Origin: an uncultured Chloroflexia bacterium
Lineage (GTDB): Bacteria; Chloroflexota; Anaerolineae; CG2-30-64-16
DNA: 64,000 nt
Direction of reading: 5' to 3'
Assembly (NCBI GenBank): GCA_963774265.1
Contig: CAVZDU010000010.1
Span: forward strand, 288,001-352,000
Within the stretch, counting starts at the first letter, position 1; each line of letters begins with the position of its first letter. Both the position numbers and the translations under genes were made by a program. The notes under the pieces are model-generated. The model was not told the origin of the DNA and ran no database searches. It saw only the letters and a list, made by a program, of their open reading frames with translations. Shown in pieces: positions 20,552 to 30,096 of the stretch.

Positions 20552-21721
20552 ATGATCATCGACGCTCATATACACTTCACTCCGCCTGAGCTCCAGGCCC
20601 GCCTGGATGAGTTCATTCGTATTGAGCCATATTGGGGTCTGCTGATGGGCGGGCCGAACAGCGTACAGGGTTGGGCTAGCGCTGAGCGAATGATTGAGGA
20701 TATGGACCGCGCCGGAGTGGACAAGGTCCTGCTGATGGGTGAGTATCGCCGCCGGCACGAAGGGTGCATCGCACGCAATGACGAGGCGTTGGCAATTGCG
20801 CAACGATTTCCGGACCGGGTGATTTCTTTCGCAATGGTGCAGCCCAAAGCCGGGCAAGTCGCGCTCGATGAGTTGGCTCGCTGCTTCGACGGGGGCATGG
20901 CAGGGGTAGGGGAATTGGGTCCCTACGGTCAGGGCTACCGACTGGACGATCCGGACTTCTTGCGCGTGGTCGAAGCGTGCATCAATTACGATATCCCCAT
21001 CAACCTGCACGTCAACGAGGAGGTCGGGCACTACTACGGTGGCAAGGCCGCCACGCCGTTGTTGCACATCTACCAGGTAGCTGAACGCTATCCGGAGCTA
21101 AAGCTAATCCTGGCGCATTGGGGTGGTGGGCTTCTTTTCTATGAGCTGATGCCGGATGTACAAAGGGTGCTGCGCAATGTATGGTACGATACTGCTGCGT
21201 CGCCTTTGCTCTATCCCACGGAGCGCATTTTCAGAGCTGCTCTGACTGCTGTGGATCACCGCAAGCTCCTCTACGCCTCAGACTACCCGCTGCGCATCTA
21301 CCCGCGCACTCAAAAGGAACCGGATTTCCGGCCCTTTCTGGCCGAGATCGACGCGCTCGGCCTCCCGGCTGGCATCCGAGACGACTTTCTTGGTGCCAAC
21401 GCTGCGCGCTTGCTCGGCTTACAGGGGGATGAGCGTGCCGCGGCTCTTCCGTCTCACCCACGCAGGGGGGAGGCCATTGTGAGTGTTGCCGGGGCGGAAA
21501 TGGGGGAGATCGTGCCGCACATGGCTTTGGCGGCCGTGGCGCTGACATGGCCAGGGACGCAGCGCATCTTCGAGAAGTATGGCATTCCCTGGCATGATTC
21601 CCCCGTGCCCTATTGGGAGCCGATCACCCAGGCGGCTGCCGCGCACGGCCTGGCGCCGGAAGAGCAGGCCTGCTTGATGAATGAGTTGAACGAAGCCATA
21701 CGCGGGCGGGAAGCCGATTAA
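20552..21721 (+). CDS. amidohydrolase_2 family metallohydrolase with a C-terminal DUF1858/ScdA_N-like domain
   Basis: IIDAHIH, INLHVNE, LAHWGGG, WYDTAASP, YASDYP; extra C-terminal domain of about 65 aa. Confidence 0.85.
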   Translation: MIIDAHIHFTPPELQARLDEFIRIEPYWGLLMGGPNSVQGWASAERMIEDMDRAGVDKVLLMGEYRRRHEGCIARNDEALAIAQRFPDRVISFAMVQPKAGQVALDELARCFDGGMAGVGELGPYGQGYRLDDPDFLRVVEACINYDIPINLHVNEEVGHYYGGKAATPLLHIYQVAERYPELKLILAHWGGGLLFYELMPDVQRVLRNVWYDTAASPLLYPTERIFRAALTAVDHRKLLYASDYPLRIYPRTQKEPDFRPFLAEIDALGLPAGIRDDFLGANAARLLGLQGDERAAALPSHPRRGEAIVSVAGAEMGEIVPHMALAAVALTWPGTQRIFEKYGIPWHDSPVPYWEPITQAAAAHGLAPEEQACLMNELNEAIRGREAD

Positions 21722-21834
21722 CGTCATTTACCGCCGCCCTTCTGGCGCGTATAGTATATCGCAGCTAATGGCAACCCGGGCGAGACGCGGCCGAGTTGCC
21801 GAGCCATTCTTGGCGTGTTTGCTTGGAGGTACCC

Positions 21835-22467
21835 GTGAGTCAACTCGAATCCATTTACCAGGCTGTCCTGGACGGTAACGCGGCTGGTGCACAGGCTGGT
21901 GTCAAGGCGGCGCTTGCTGAAGGTCTTGCACCCGAAACGATTCTCAAAGAGGGGCTGATCGCCGCCATGGGCGAGGTGGGACGGCTCTTTGAGGAGAACG
22001 AGTACTTCGTCCCCGAGATGTTGGTCTCGGCGCGCGCCATGCAGTCGGGTCTGGCTTTGCTGAAACCATCTCTGGCTGAATCCGGCGCTGCTCCCGCAGG
22101 CAAGATCGTGGTCGGCACTGTTAAAGGTGACCTGCACGACATCGGGAAAAACCTGGTTGCCATGATGCTGGAAGGCGCCGGCTTCGAGATTGTAGACCTG
22201 GGTACGGACGTCACACCTGACAAGTTCGTGAAGGCGGTCCAGGAGCACAAACCCCAGGTGATCGGCATGTCAGCGCTGCTGACAACGACCATGCCTTCGA
22301 TGACGGGTACCATTAAGGCGCTTCAAGAGGCCGGGTTGCGGGACCAGGTGAAGGTTATGATCGGCGGAGCACCGGTGACCGATGGTTTCGCGAAGCAGAT
22401 CGGCGCGGATGGCTACAGCCCGGATGCCTCCTCCGCCGTGCGTCTCGCTAAGTCGCTGATGGCCTGA
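21835..22467 (+). CDS. stand-alone corrinoid (B12-binding) methyltransferase cognate protein (MtbC/MttC/MetH cap+B12 type)
   Basis: Cap domain GLIAAMGEVGRLFE..FVPEM; KGDLHDIGKNLV (DxHxxG); SALLTTTM; MIGGAPVT; GTG start after GGAGG. Confidence 0.94.
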   Translation: MSQLESIYQAVLDGNAAGAQAGVKAALAEGLAPETILKEGLIAAMGEVGRLFEENEYFVPEMLVSARAMQSGLALLKPSLAESGAAPAGKIVVGTVKGDLHDIGKNLVAMMLEGAGFEIVDLGTDVTPDKFVKAVQEHKPQVIGMSALLTTTMPSMTGTIKALQEAGLRDQVKVMIGGAPVTDGFAKQIGADGYSPDASSAVRLAKSLMA

Positions 22468-22489
22468 CACTCGATCAGAGCATTCTCTG

Positions 22490-22526
22490 AGACTTCCGGA
22501 GCAAATGGACTTCGGAAGTCTTTTTA
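22490..22526 (+). terminator. intrinsic terminator / REP-like palindrome
   Basis: AGACTTCCGGAG / CTTCGGAAGTCT stem followed by a T tract. Confidence 0.75.
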
Positions 22527-22613
22527 TTGGTGCGCTATAACACATACGCACGTGCATGACTATGACATACTGATCGCAAACATACAGGTAAGAAATCAAG
22601 GGGAAGTTCTGTA

Positions 22614-24605
22614 ATGGAAAAGAAGGATCATAAGCCGGACCAAGACGAAGAGCGTGAGCGACAGGAGCAGATGGCTCGTCAGGCGCGCTATGGAGTCACC
22701 TATATACTAGTGGGCCTGGTTGTTCTGTGGCTGTTTCAACAGTTCGTCCTCGGCCCGCTCACTGTGCGAGCGGTTGAGATACCGTACAGTGAGTTTCGTG
22801 ACAAGCTGGCCGCCGGACAGATCCTTAGTGTTGAGATCGGCCCCACGTCGGTTGCTGGCGAAATGCAGAACCCAGATATTGCGGCTGAGCCAACCGTACA
22901 AGCCACGTCTTTGCCGGCAACCGTTGAGACGCAGGTCTCATCGAGTGCCCCGCTGACTCAAACGCTTCGGTTCGAGACGTTTTTCCAGCCTGAGAATGAC
23001 CCGGGTCTCGTCAAAGATCTGCAAACCGCAGGAGTGCAGTACCGTTTCGCGGGGCCAGCTAGTCCGGTCGGCGCATTCTTGCTCTCGTGGATCCTGCCGT
23101 TAGCCCTTCTGGCCGGTTTCTGGTATATGCTCTTTCGCGCTCGATCTGCTGGGGGTGGTCTGGGTGGGGGCGGTCTCGGCAATGTCTTTGGCGTGGGCAA
23201 GAGCAAAGCACAGGAGGTTAAGCCTGAGGATGTTGGCGTTACGTACAAAGATGTTGGCGGTGCTGACGAGGCCATTGCGGAGTTGCAGGAGATTATCCAG
23301 TTCTTAGAGAGCCCGGAGCAGTTCGCCAAATTGGGCGGCCGCATTCCAAAGGGCGTTCTCCTCGTTGGGCCGCCCGGCACCGGCAAGACCCTGCTGGCAA
23401 GAGCCACTGCGGGTGAGGCGGGTGTTTCGTTTTTCGAGACTAGCGGGTCTGAATTTGTCGAGATGTTCGTCGGAGTCGGCGCGGCTCGTGTTCGCGACAT
23501 GTTTGAGCAGGCACGCAAGGCCGCTCCCGCGGTGATATTCATCGACGAGATCGATGCGATCGGACAGAGCCGTGGCGGCAACATTCGCATCGGTGGAAAC
23601 GACGAGCGCGAGCAGACGCTCAATCAGCTCCTGGCCGAAATCGATGGATTCAAGACAAATTCGACCGCGCCGGTGATCATCATGGCAGCGACAAATCGGC
23701 CTGAGGTTCTTGATCCTGCCTTACTGCGCGCTGGTCGCTTCGACCGCCAAGTAACCGTCGGCAATCCCGATCTGATCGGTCGCCAGCAGATCCTGCGTAT
23801 CCATAGCAAGAATATTACTCTGGCGCCGGACTTCGACATCGAGCGCGCGGCCCGCATGACGCCAGGCTTTAGCGGCGCCGATTTGGCGAACATGATGAAC
23901 GAGGCTGCTTTGCTTGCTGCACGGCGCAATGCCGAATCCGTAACCCTTCGCGATTTTGAAGAAGCGATCGAACGCATCGTCGTAGGCCTCGAGCAGCGGA
24001 CGCGCGTGATGAATGAGGATGTGAAGCGAGCGGTGGCCTATCATGAAGCCGGTCATGCTCTTGTTGCGCGGCTGGTGCCCCACGCGGACCTGGTAAGCAA
24101 GATCAGCATCGTGCCTCGCAGCCGCGGGGCTCTCGGGTACACGCTCCAAATGCCGGAAGAAGACCGCTACCTGGTCCGAAAAGACGAATTGCTCGACCGC
24201 ATTGCCGTGATGATGGGGGGACGGTCTGCGGAAACGATTATCTACAATGAGATCAGCACCGGCGCAAGCGATGACATCAATCGAGCGACCGAACTGGCTC
24301 GACGCATGGTCACCGAGTGGGGTATGAGCGAGGCGCTGGGGTGGGTGCGTTACGCAGGTCAGCAGCTACAGTACTTGGGTGGAACCATGGAGGATAACAG
24401 TTCCCTCAGTCCCGAGACGCGCCAGCTGATTGACTCGGAAGTCAAACGCATTGTGACGGAGCAGGTTGAGCGGGCACAGACGCTCCTCATCCAACACCGT
24501 CCAGCATTGGAGATGCTTACTGAGGAGTTGCTTCGCTGTGAAACCGTGGATGGCAGCGCCGTTGCCGCTGCCATTGCTGGCGAGAAACGCGAATGCACCA
24601 AGTGA
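22614..24605 (+). CDS. ftsH: ATP-dependent zinc metalloprotease FtsH
   Basis: Two TM helices, [40 protein letters not shown]. Confidence 0.96.
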   Translation: MEKKDHKPDQDEERERQEQMARQARYGVTYILVGLVVLWLFQQFVLGPLTVRAVEIPYSEFRDKLAAGQILSVEIGPTSVAGEMQNPDIAAEPTVQATSLPATVETQVSSSAPLTQTLRFETFFQPENDPGLVKDLQTAGVQYRFAGPASPVGAFLLSWILPLALLAGFWYMLFRARSAGGGLGGGGLGNVFGVGKSKAQEVKPEDVGVTYKDVGGADEAIAELQEIIQFLESPEQFAKLGGRIPKGVLLVGPPGTGKTLLARATAGEAGVSFFETSGSEFVEMFVGVGAARVRDMFEQARKAAPAVIFIDEIDAIGQSRGGNIRIGGNDEREQTLNQLLAEIDGFKTNSTAPVIIMAATNRPEVLDPALLRAGRFDRQVTVGNPDLIGRQQILRIHSKNITLAPDFDIERAARMTPGFSGADLANMMNEAALLAARRNAESVTLRDFEEAIERIVVGLEQRTRVMNEDVKRAVAYHEAGHALVARLVPHADLVSKISIVPRSRGALGYTLQMPEEDRYLVRKDELLDRIAVMMGGRSAETIIYNEISTGASDDINRATELARRMVTEWGMSEALGWVRYAGQQLQYLGGTMEDNSSLSPETRQLIDSEVKRIVTEQVERAQTLLIQHRPALEMLTEELLRCETVDGSAVAAAIAGEKRECTK

Positions 24606-24632
24606 TCCCATAGGAGCTGCTCCTAGCCTGAA

Positions 24633-24932
24633 TCACGTTCCTACAACCGAGTTGTCTGAGCCGTACTTGTTCGCGGTGTACTTGTCGGCGTGCCATTCGT
24701 TATGCCAGTCGCGTCCGTTGACCAGGTAACGAAATTGGTATTCCTTGCCGGTGGGCAGCACCAGAGTGATGCGCCAGTTTCCGTTTGAGCGCGACTGGGC
24801 CATTTCGTGGCGTTTTGTGTCCCAGTCATTGAAATCACCGACCAGGTTGACGCGTTCTGCCCACAAGCTCGATGGGAGTTCAAAGGTGACCCGTACATTT
24901 TCGCCATCTGGCAGCGATTCCTTATATATCAT
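24633..24932 (-). CDS. isoamylase early-set / CBM48-like glycogen-binding small protein
   Basis: VTFELP..VNLVGDFNDW..GKEYQFRYLVNG..W..AD.Y..N.YGSDNSVV; start ATG 24932. Confidence 0.88.
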   Translation of the reverse strand: MIYKESLPDGENVRVTFELPSSLWAERVNLVGDFNDWDTKRHEMAQSRSNGNWRITLVLPTGKEYQFRYLVNGRDWHNEWHADKYTANKYGSDNSVVGT

Positions 24933-24980
24933 CGGACATTCTCCTGCGGGTTGGTCGTCGCAACCTCGGGGTACACCGCG

Positions 24981-25023
24981 ATTATAGCATCTACTTGACG
25001 AAAAAGGCAATGTCTCGTAGAAT
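24981..25023. promoter_or_regulatory. divergent sigma70 promoters (ffh on +, CBM48 gene on -)
   Basis: Plus strand: TTGACG (24995-25000), 17 nt, TAGAAT (25018-25023). Minus strand: extended -10 TGcTATAAT ending at 24981. Confidence 0.65.
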
Positions 25024-25098
25024 TAGCTATACATTAGCGATTGATGCCAATGGGCCGGCCTCTGGGTCGGCCCATGCGCGTATGAGTGGACAAGTCTC

Positions 25099-26430
25099 AT
25101 GTTTGAGAGCCTGCAAACCAAGCTGAATGCGGTCTTTGATAAGCTCGCAGCCCGCGGTCGACTTTCTGAAGAGGATGTTGATCTTGCCTTGCGCGAGGTC
25201 CGTCTCGCGCTTCTGGAAGCCGACGTCAACTTCAAGGTTGTTAAGCAGTTGGTGGCGCGTGTGCGCGAGCGGGCTGTCGGAGCCGAGGTGACCAAGAGTC
25301 TTTCGCCTGCACAGCAGGTCGTCAAGATCGTCCACGACGAACTACTGAAGACCTTGGGCGAGGCGGTACGCGTTGATCTATCCGGCACGCCGCCGCACGT
25401 CATCATGCTGGTGGGTTTGCAGGGCTCTGGCAAAACCACAACTGCAGGCAAGCTCGCATTGGCATTGCGGAAACAACAAGGTAAGCGCAGCCTATTGGTC
25501 GCAGGCGATACCTACCGGCCGGCTGCCGTGACCCAACTTGAGGTCGTCGGCAAGCAGATCGACGTGCCGGTGTACAGCGAGGGCACAAAGCCATCGCCTC
25601 TCGAGATCGTGCGTCGTGGCATCCAGCGAGCGCGCGAGATGGCCATGGACGTCGTTATCTTGGACACCGCGGGCCGACTCCAAATCAGCGATGACATGAT
25701 GGCTGAACTGGAGCAGATTAAGACGCTGGCGAAGCCGAAGGAAATCCTGTTGGTCGCGGACGCCATGACTGGCCAGGAAGCCGTCAATGTGGCAAAGGGC
25801 TTCCACGAACGCGTCCAGTTGACGGGTCTGATCCTGTCCAAGGTGGATGGCGACGCCCGAGGTGGTGCTGCCATCTCCATGCGCGAGGTGACCGGCGTCC
25901 CCATCAAGTACCTGGGCATCGGCGAAAAGCTCGACGCGCTCGAGGTTTTTCATCCTGATCGTCTTGCCACCCGCATCCTTGGCATGGGCGACATGATGAC
26001 ACTCATCGAGAAGGCTGAGGAAACTGTAGATCGGGAGCAAGCGGAGAAGATTGGCAAACGCCTTGTCAAGGGCGAACTCAATCTCGATGACTTCCTCAAG
26101 CAGATGCAGCAAATCAAGAAGATGGGCCCTTTAACCCAGATTCTGGAGATGATCCCGGGGATGAGCCGGCTGACGGGGGAACTCCAGCCGGATGTCACGG
26201 ACCAGCAGTTCACACGCGTTGAAGCGATGATTAACTCCATGACAGCTCAGGAGCGGCGCGATCCGAAAATCATCAGCGGCAGCCGTAAGCGTCGCATCGC
26301 GCGCGGGTCAGGAACTACGGTGCCTGAGATCAACGACCTGTTGAATCAATTCCGCCAGATGCAGCGAATGATGAAACAGCTCGGTTCGGGTGGTCGTGGA
26401 GGCCGCGGCATAATGGATATGTTCAGGTGA
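25099..26430 (+). CDS. ffh: signal recognition particle protein
   Basis: ALLEADVN, GLQGSGKTTT, DTAGR, SKVDGDARGGAA, and Met-rich M domain SRKRRIARGSG. Confidence 0.98.
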   Translation: MFESLQTKLNAVFDKLAARGRLSEEDVDLALREVRLALLEADVNFKVVKQLVARVRERAVGAEVTKSLSPAQQVVKIVHDELLKTLGEAVRVDLSGTPPHVIMLVGLQGSGKTTTAGKLALALRKQQGKRSLLVAGDTYRPAAVTQLEVVGKQIDVPVYSEGTKPSPLEIVRRGIQRAREMAMDVVILDTAGRLQISDDMMAELEQIKTLAKPKEILLVADAMTGQEAVNVAKGFHERVQLTGLILSKVDGDARGGAAISMREVTGVPIKYLGIGEKLDALEVFHPDRLATRILGMGDMMTLIEKAEETVDREQAEKIGKRLVKGELNLDDFLKQMQQIKKMGPLTQILEMIPGMSRLTGELQPDVTDQQFTRVEAMINSMTAQERRDPKIISGSRKRRIARGSGTTVPEINDLLNQFRQMQRMMKQLGSGGRGGRGIMDMFR

Positions 26431-26523
26431 TAACGTTCTTTGCAGAGAAGTCCGCTCCTCTGCGAGACGTTTACATGCATTCGGGACCCTCTGTGTCCCA
26501 TACATCGAAGGAGTCAGTCAGGA

Positions 26524-26779
26524 ATGGTACGAATTCGTCTGCGCCGACAGGGCGCCAAGAAACAGCCGACCTACCGCGTGGTTGTCGCTGATCAGCACTC
26601 ACCTCGCGATGGCCGCATCCTTGAGAACATTGGGTTCTACAACCCAACGACCGACCCTGAGACGGTCACCATCGACGTGGATCGCGCGCTACTGGCTTAG
26701 TGTTGGCGTGCAGCCCAGCGAATCGGTTGCTCGCCTGCTGAAAAAGCAAGGCCTGCCCGAAGCACAGCCGGCGGCCTGA
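26524..26779 (+). CDS. rpsP: 30S ribosomal protein S16 (apparent frameshift in a CG run near 26688)
   Basis: [34 protein letters not shown], continuing in another frame as [17 protein letters not shown]. Confidence 0.93.
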
Positions 26780-26889
26780 TCCGTCAGCCGTTCGCTTCTG
26801 GGCACTGGCCGGGGCAGGTGCACTTGCCGCGCCAGCGCGGCACAGCCTGCAGCACGAGCCAGGCCCCTGGCACTTGTGGAGGCTGACTG

Positions 26890-27117
26890 GTGAAAGAAAA
26901 AGAACTCATCGAGTACATTGCCAGGCAACTCGTGGAAAAGCCGGAAAAGGTCTTCGTGAAGGAGACCCACGGCGGCAGCGTTACAGTGCTGGAGTTGCAC
27001 GTTGACCGGGAAGATATGGGCCGTGTAATCGGCAAGGACGGCCGGGTGGCCAACGCACTCCGCACTCTGTTGCGGGTGATGTCACAAGACCGGCGGGTCG
27101 TTCTCGAGATCGTCTGA
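26890..27117 (+). CDS. khpA: KH-domain RNA-binding protein KhpA
   Basis: 75 aa; ELIEYIARQLV, EDMGRVIGKDGRVANALRTLL; canonical position between rpsP and rimM. Confidence 0.93.
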   Translation: MKEKELIEYIARQLVEKPEKVFVKETHGGSVTVLELHVDREDMGRVIGKDGRVANALRTLLRVMSQDRRVVLEIV

Positions 27118-27175
27118 TTGTGGCCGCTAACCCTGTCGGCGTTGAAGTCGACTTGGACGGACCACACTCAAGCTG

Positions 27176-27223
27176 AATGAAACGGGCGGAGGCGCAATCT
27201 CGCATCTCCGCCCGCTCATTTTG
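27176..27223 (+). terminator. hairpin / probable partial terminator between khpA and rimM
   Basis: CGGGCGGAG / CTCCGCCCG stem, flanking AATGA / TCATT, followed by TTG. Confidence 0.5.
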
Positions 27224-27249
27224 TAAGGAAGGGCAGGTGGAAGGGTTCC

Positions 27250-27807
27250 ATGGCCACGACCGAAACAGGACGAAGCTACCTGGCCATAGGCCAGATAGTT
27301 GGACCTCACGGCATTCGGGGTGAGGTCAAAGTTGTGCCGATGACCGATTTCCCGGAACGGTTCAAGAGCGGCGCTAAAGTATACCTTGGTGCGCAAACCG
27401 GCGTGACGAATACTGCGCCGGCAGTAATCGCAGCATCGCGACCTCACCAGGACCGTTGGCTGATTTTGTTCACGCATGTCAGGGATCGCAATGCAGCGGA
27501 AACCCTGCGCGACCTGTACCTACTCATCCCGGAAGAGGACGCAATGCCTCTAGGTGAGCACGAGAACTATGCTCACGATTTGATAGGGCTTGAAGTTCAG
27601 ACGGTGGATGGCCGATCGCTCGGCCAAATCACCGAGATTCTCTTCACCGCGGCGAATGATGTCTATATTGTGCGCAACGCGAACGCCGAAACGCTCGTTC
27701 CTGCCACACGTGAGGTCGTCGTGAGTGTGAACCTGGCCGAGCGGATGATGAAGGTGGTTCTCCCCGAAGGGCTTTTGGCCCCGGCCGATGAAGATGACGA
27801 AGTCTGA
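27250..27807 (+). CDS. rimM: ribosome maturation factor RimM
   Basis: IGQIVGPHGIRGEVKV..TDFPERF, DRNAAETLR, YAHDLIGLEV, ANDVYIV. Confidence 0.95.
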   Translation: MATTETGRSYLAIGQIVGPHGIRGEVKVVPMTDFPERFKSGAKVYLGAQTGVTNTAPAVIAASRPHQDRWLILFTHVRDRNAAETLRDLYLLIPEEDAMPLGEHENYAHDLIGLEVQTVDGRSLGQITEILFTAANDVYIVRNANAETLVPATREVVVSVNLAERMMKVVLPEGLLAPADEDDEV

Positions 27808-27813
27808 GAACTA

Positions 27814-27842
27814 TTGACAAAGAATCCTGTATCGTTTATGCT
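27814..27842 (+). promoter_or_regulatory. sigma70 promoter of the dprA operon
   Basis: TTGACA (27814-27819), 17 nt, TATGCT (27837-27842). Confidence 0.65.
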
Positions 27843-27886
27843 GCCGACCGGCAAGCTCTGATGCATCGCCCCTGGGAGGTGCTCAT

Positions 27887-28996
27887 TTGGACGCTCTCGC
27901 CTTGTGGATTGGGTTCAACAAGGTGCGCGGCATCGGCCCGGCCCGGTTGCGCGCTCTGTTGGACGCCTTCGGCAGCATAGACGCTGCCTGGAACGCGCCT
28001 GCCGACGCCCTACGCGATGTTGGTCTGGACCGGCGATCGATTCAAAATCTGGTGGATATCCGCGGTAAGCTGGACCTGGACGCGGAGCTGACTCGCGTGC
28101 AGAAGTCCGGGATTGAGTTGTTGACCTGGGATGATCCGCGCTACCCGTCCCGGCTTATGGCCATCAGTGATCCGCCGCCTGTGATCTATCTACGCGGTGA
28201 GTTACGGCCCGAGGATGATTTCGCCGTCGCCGTGGTTGGCACTCGAAATATCTCCAACTATGGCCGCGAAGCGGCAAGGACCCTTGCATCTGGCCTCGCG
28301 GAGGTGGGCGTTACTATCGTCAGCGGTCTGGCACGCGGAATCGATGCTGTCGCACATCGCGCCGCCCTGGACGCGGGCGGCCGCACACTTGCGGTCCTTG
28401 GATCAGGCGTGGACGTGATTTATCCCTGGGAGAACAAAAAGCTGGCAAATGACCTGATCGAGCGTGGTGCGTTGTTGAGCGAGTATCCTCTGGGCACGCA
28501 GCCTGAAGCCAGCAATTTCCCGCCGCGAAATCGCATCGTTAGCGGTTTGAGCCGCGGCGTCGTCGTGGTCGAAGCGGGCGAACAAAGTGGGGCGTTGATT
28601 ACGGCTCGCTTCGCGGCTGACCAGGGCCGCGAGGTTTTCGCTGTTCCAGGAAGCATCTTCGCCCGCAACAGCGCCGGCGTCAATCGACTCATTCGCGACG
28701 GCGCAACGCCGGTTACGTCGGTCAACGACATTCTCGAGGCATTGAATCTGAAATCGGTAGTAGCGCACGTCGAAGCACAAATGCTTTTTCCGGCGGATCC
28801 AACCGAAGCGTCGCTCCTCAGCCAGTTGTCCGATGATCCTGTCCACGTGGACGAGATATGCCGGACCACTGGACTGCCCGTCTCAACAGTGACCAGTACG
28901 TTGGCGTTGATGGAACTCAAAGGCCTGGTACATGGAGCTGGCGGCATGAGTTACGTTCGCGCTCGTGAAGCAGGCCCAGTGTATCATCTCGATTGA
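27887..28996 (+). CDS. dprA: DNA-processing protein DprA
   Basis: AVVGTR, IVSGLARGIDAVAH, FPPRNRIVSGLS, SGALITA, REVFAVPG, C-terminal winged helix. Confidence 0.96.
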   Translation: MDALALWIGFNKVRGIGPARLRALLDAFGSIDAAWNAPADALRDVGLDRRSIQNLVDIRGKLDLDAELTRVQKSGIELLTWDDPRYPSRLMAISDPPPVIYLRGELRPEDDFAVAVVGTRNISNYGREAARTLASGLAEVGVTIVSGLARGIDAVAHRAALDAGGRTLAVLGSGVDVIYPWENKKLANDLIERGALLSEYPLGTQPEASNFPPRNRIVSGLSRGVVVVEAGEQSGALITARFAADQGREVFAVPGSIFARNSAGVNRLIRDGATPVTSVNDILEALNLKSVVAHVEAQMLFPADPTEASLLSQLSDDPVHVDEICRTTGLPVSTVTSTLALMELKGLVHGAGGMSYVRAREAGPVYHLD

Positions 28997-29019
28997 GATT
29001 GCACGAAGGAATTTGTACG

Positions 29020-30087
29020 ATGCTGTATGCCGTGATCATCGCGGGTGGTTCAGGTACGCGTCTTTGGCCATTGAGCCGCAGGAGCAAGCCGAAACAAGCA
29101 TTGAAGCTGATTGGCGACCGCACCATGTTCCAGCACGCAGTGGATCGGCTTGCTCCGTTGTTTACTCCCGATCGAATCTACGTCGGCACAAACGCAGAAA
29201 CAGCGGACTTGTTGCGGCCTCAGGCGCCTGATATTCCGGCCGAGAACTTCATCGTAGAACCCTCGGGTCGCGATTCAGGTCCCGCCGCAGGGCTCGCGGC
29301 AGCGCACCTGCTTCGCCGGGATGTCGATGCGACCATGGTCATGCTCACCGCCGACCATTTCATCGTTGACACCGCACAGTTCCGGGCGGCCCTGGCTGCT
29401 GCGGGTGAGGTCGCGGCTGGCGGTACGATCGTAACACTCGGTATTAAGCCGAGCGCACCCGACACGCGCTTTGGCTACCTCGAGCTCGGCTCTGCACAAC
29501 ATATCGTGGATGGATTTCGCGTCTACGAATGTGCGGGCTTTCGAGAAAAGCCCGATTACATGACCGCACAGGGTTTCTTTGAGGATGGTCGCCATGTCTG
29601 GAACAGCGGCATGTTCATCTGGCGCGCAGACCGTCTGTTAAGTGAATTCGAACGACAGTTGCCCGAGTCATACGAAGCGTTGGTCCGGATCAAGAGCGCC
29701 CTGGGCACAACCCACGCGACGCGGGTGCTGGAGACCGAATGGCTCAGGATGCGCAGAGTCTCGATTGACTACGGCGTGATGGAGAACGCAAAGGATGTCT
29801 CGGTGATTCCGGTGGAGATCGGATGGAGCGATATCGGTAGCTGGGGCGCATTGTTGGACGTGCTTCCGCCAGATGCGGACGGCAATGTCGCAGGAGGCTC
29901 TCTGCTTTCCCACGGTTCGAGCGGCTGCTACGTGCGCAGCGAGCGCACGGTTGCGGTAATCGGTATGGAAGACGTGATCATTGTCGACACGCCTGATGTG
30001 TTGTTGGTCTGTCCGCGCTCCCGTGCAGAAGAAGTCCGCGAATTGGTGAAGCGACTGGAAGCCGAGGGGCAGATCTCCTATCTGTGA
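29020..30087 (+). CDS. manC: mannose-1-phosphate guanylyltransferase
   Basis: IIAGGSGTRLWPLSR..PKQ, EPSGRDSGPA, ADHFI, FREKP, WNSGMF, SIDYGVME, WSDIGSW; no cupin/PMI domain. Confidence 0.92.
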   Translation: MLYAVIIAGGSGTRLWPLSRRSKPKQALKLIGDRTMFQHAVDRLAPLFTPDRIYVGTNAETADLLRPQAPDIPAENFIVEPSGRDSGPAAGLAAAHLLRRDVDATMVMLTADHFIVDTAQFRAALAAAGEVAAGGTIVTLGIKPSAPDTRFGYLELGSAQHIVDGFRVYECAGFREKPDYMTAQGFFEDGRHVWNSGMFIWRADRLLSEFERQLPESYEALVRIKSALGTTHATRVLETEWLRMRRVSIDYGVMENAKDVSVIPVEIGWSDIGSWGALLDVLPPDADGNVAGGSLLSHGSSGCYVRSERTVAVIGMEDVIIVDTPDVLLVCPRSRAEEVRELVKRLEAEGQISYL

Positions 30088-30096
30088 ACGAGCTTT

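Noticed and set aside
26680-26700. Programmed frameshift or TAG read-through (pyrrolysine) in rpsP and other split genes
   Set aside because: The continuations are in different frames rather than past an in-frame stop, no common slippery heptamer or stimulatory structure is seen, and most breaks lie in homopolymer or CG runs typical of sequencing error.
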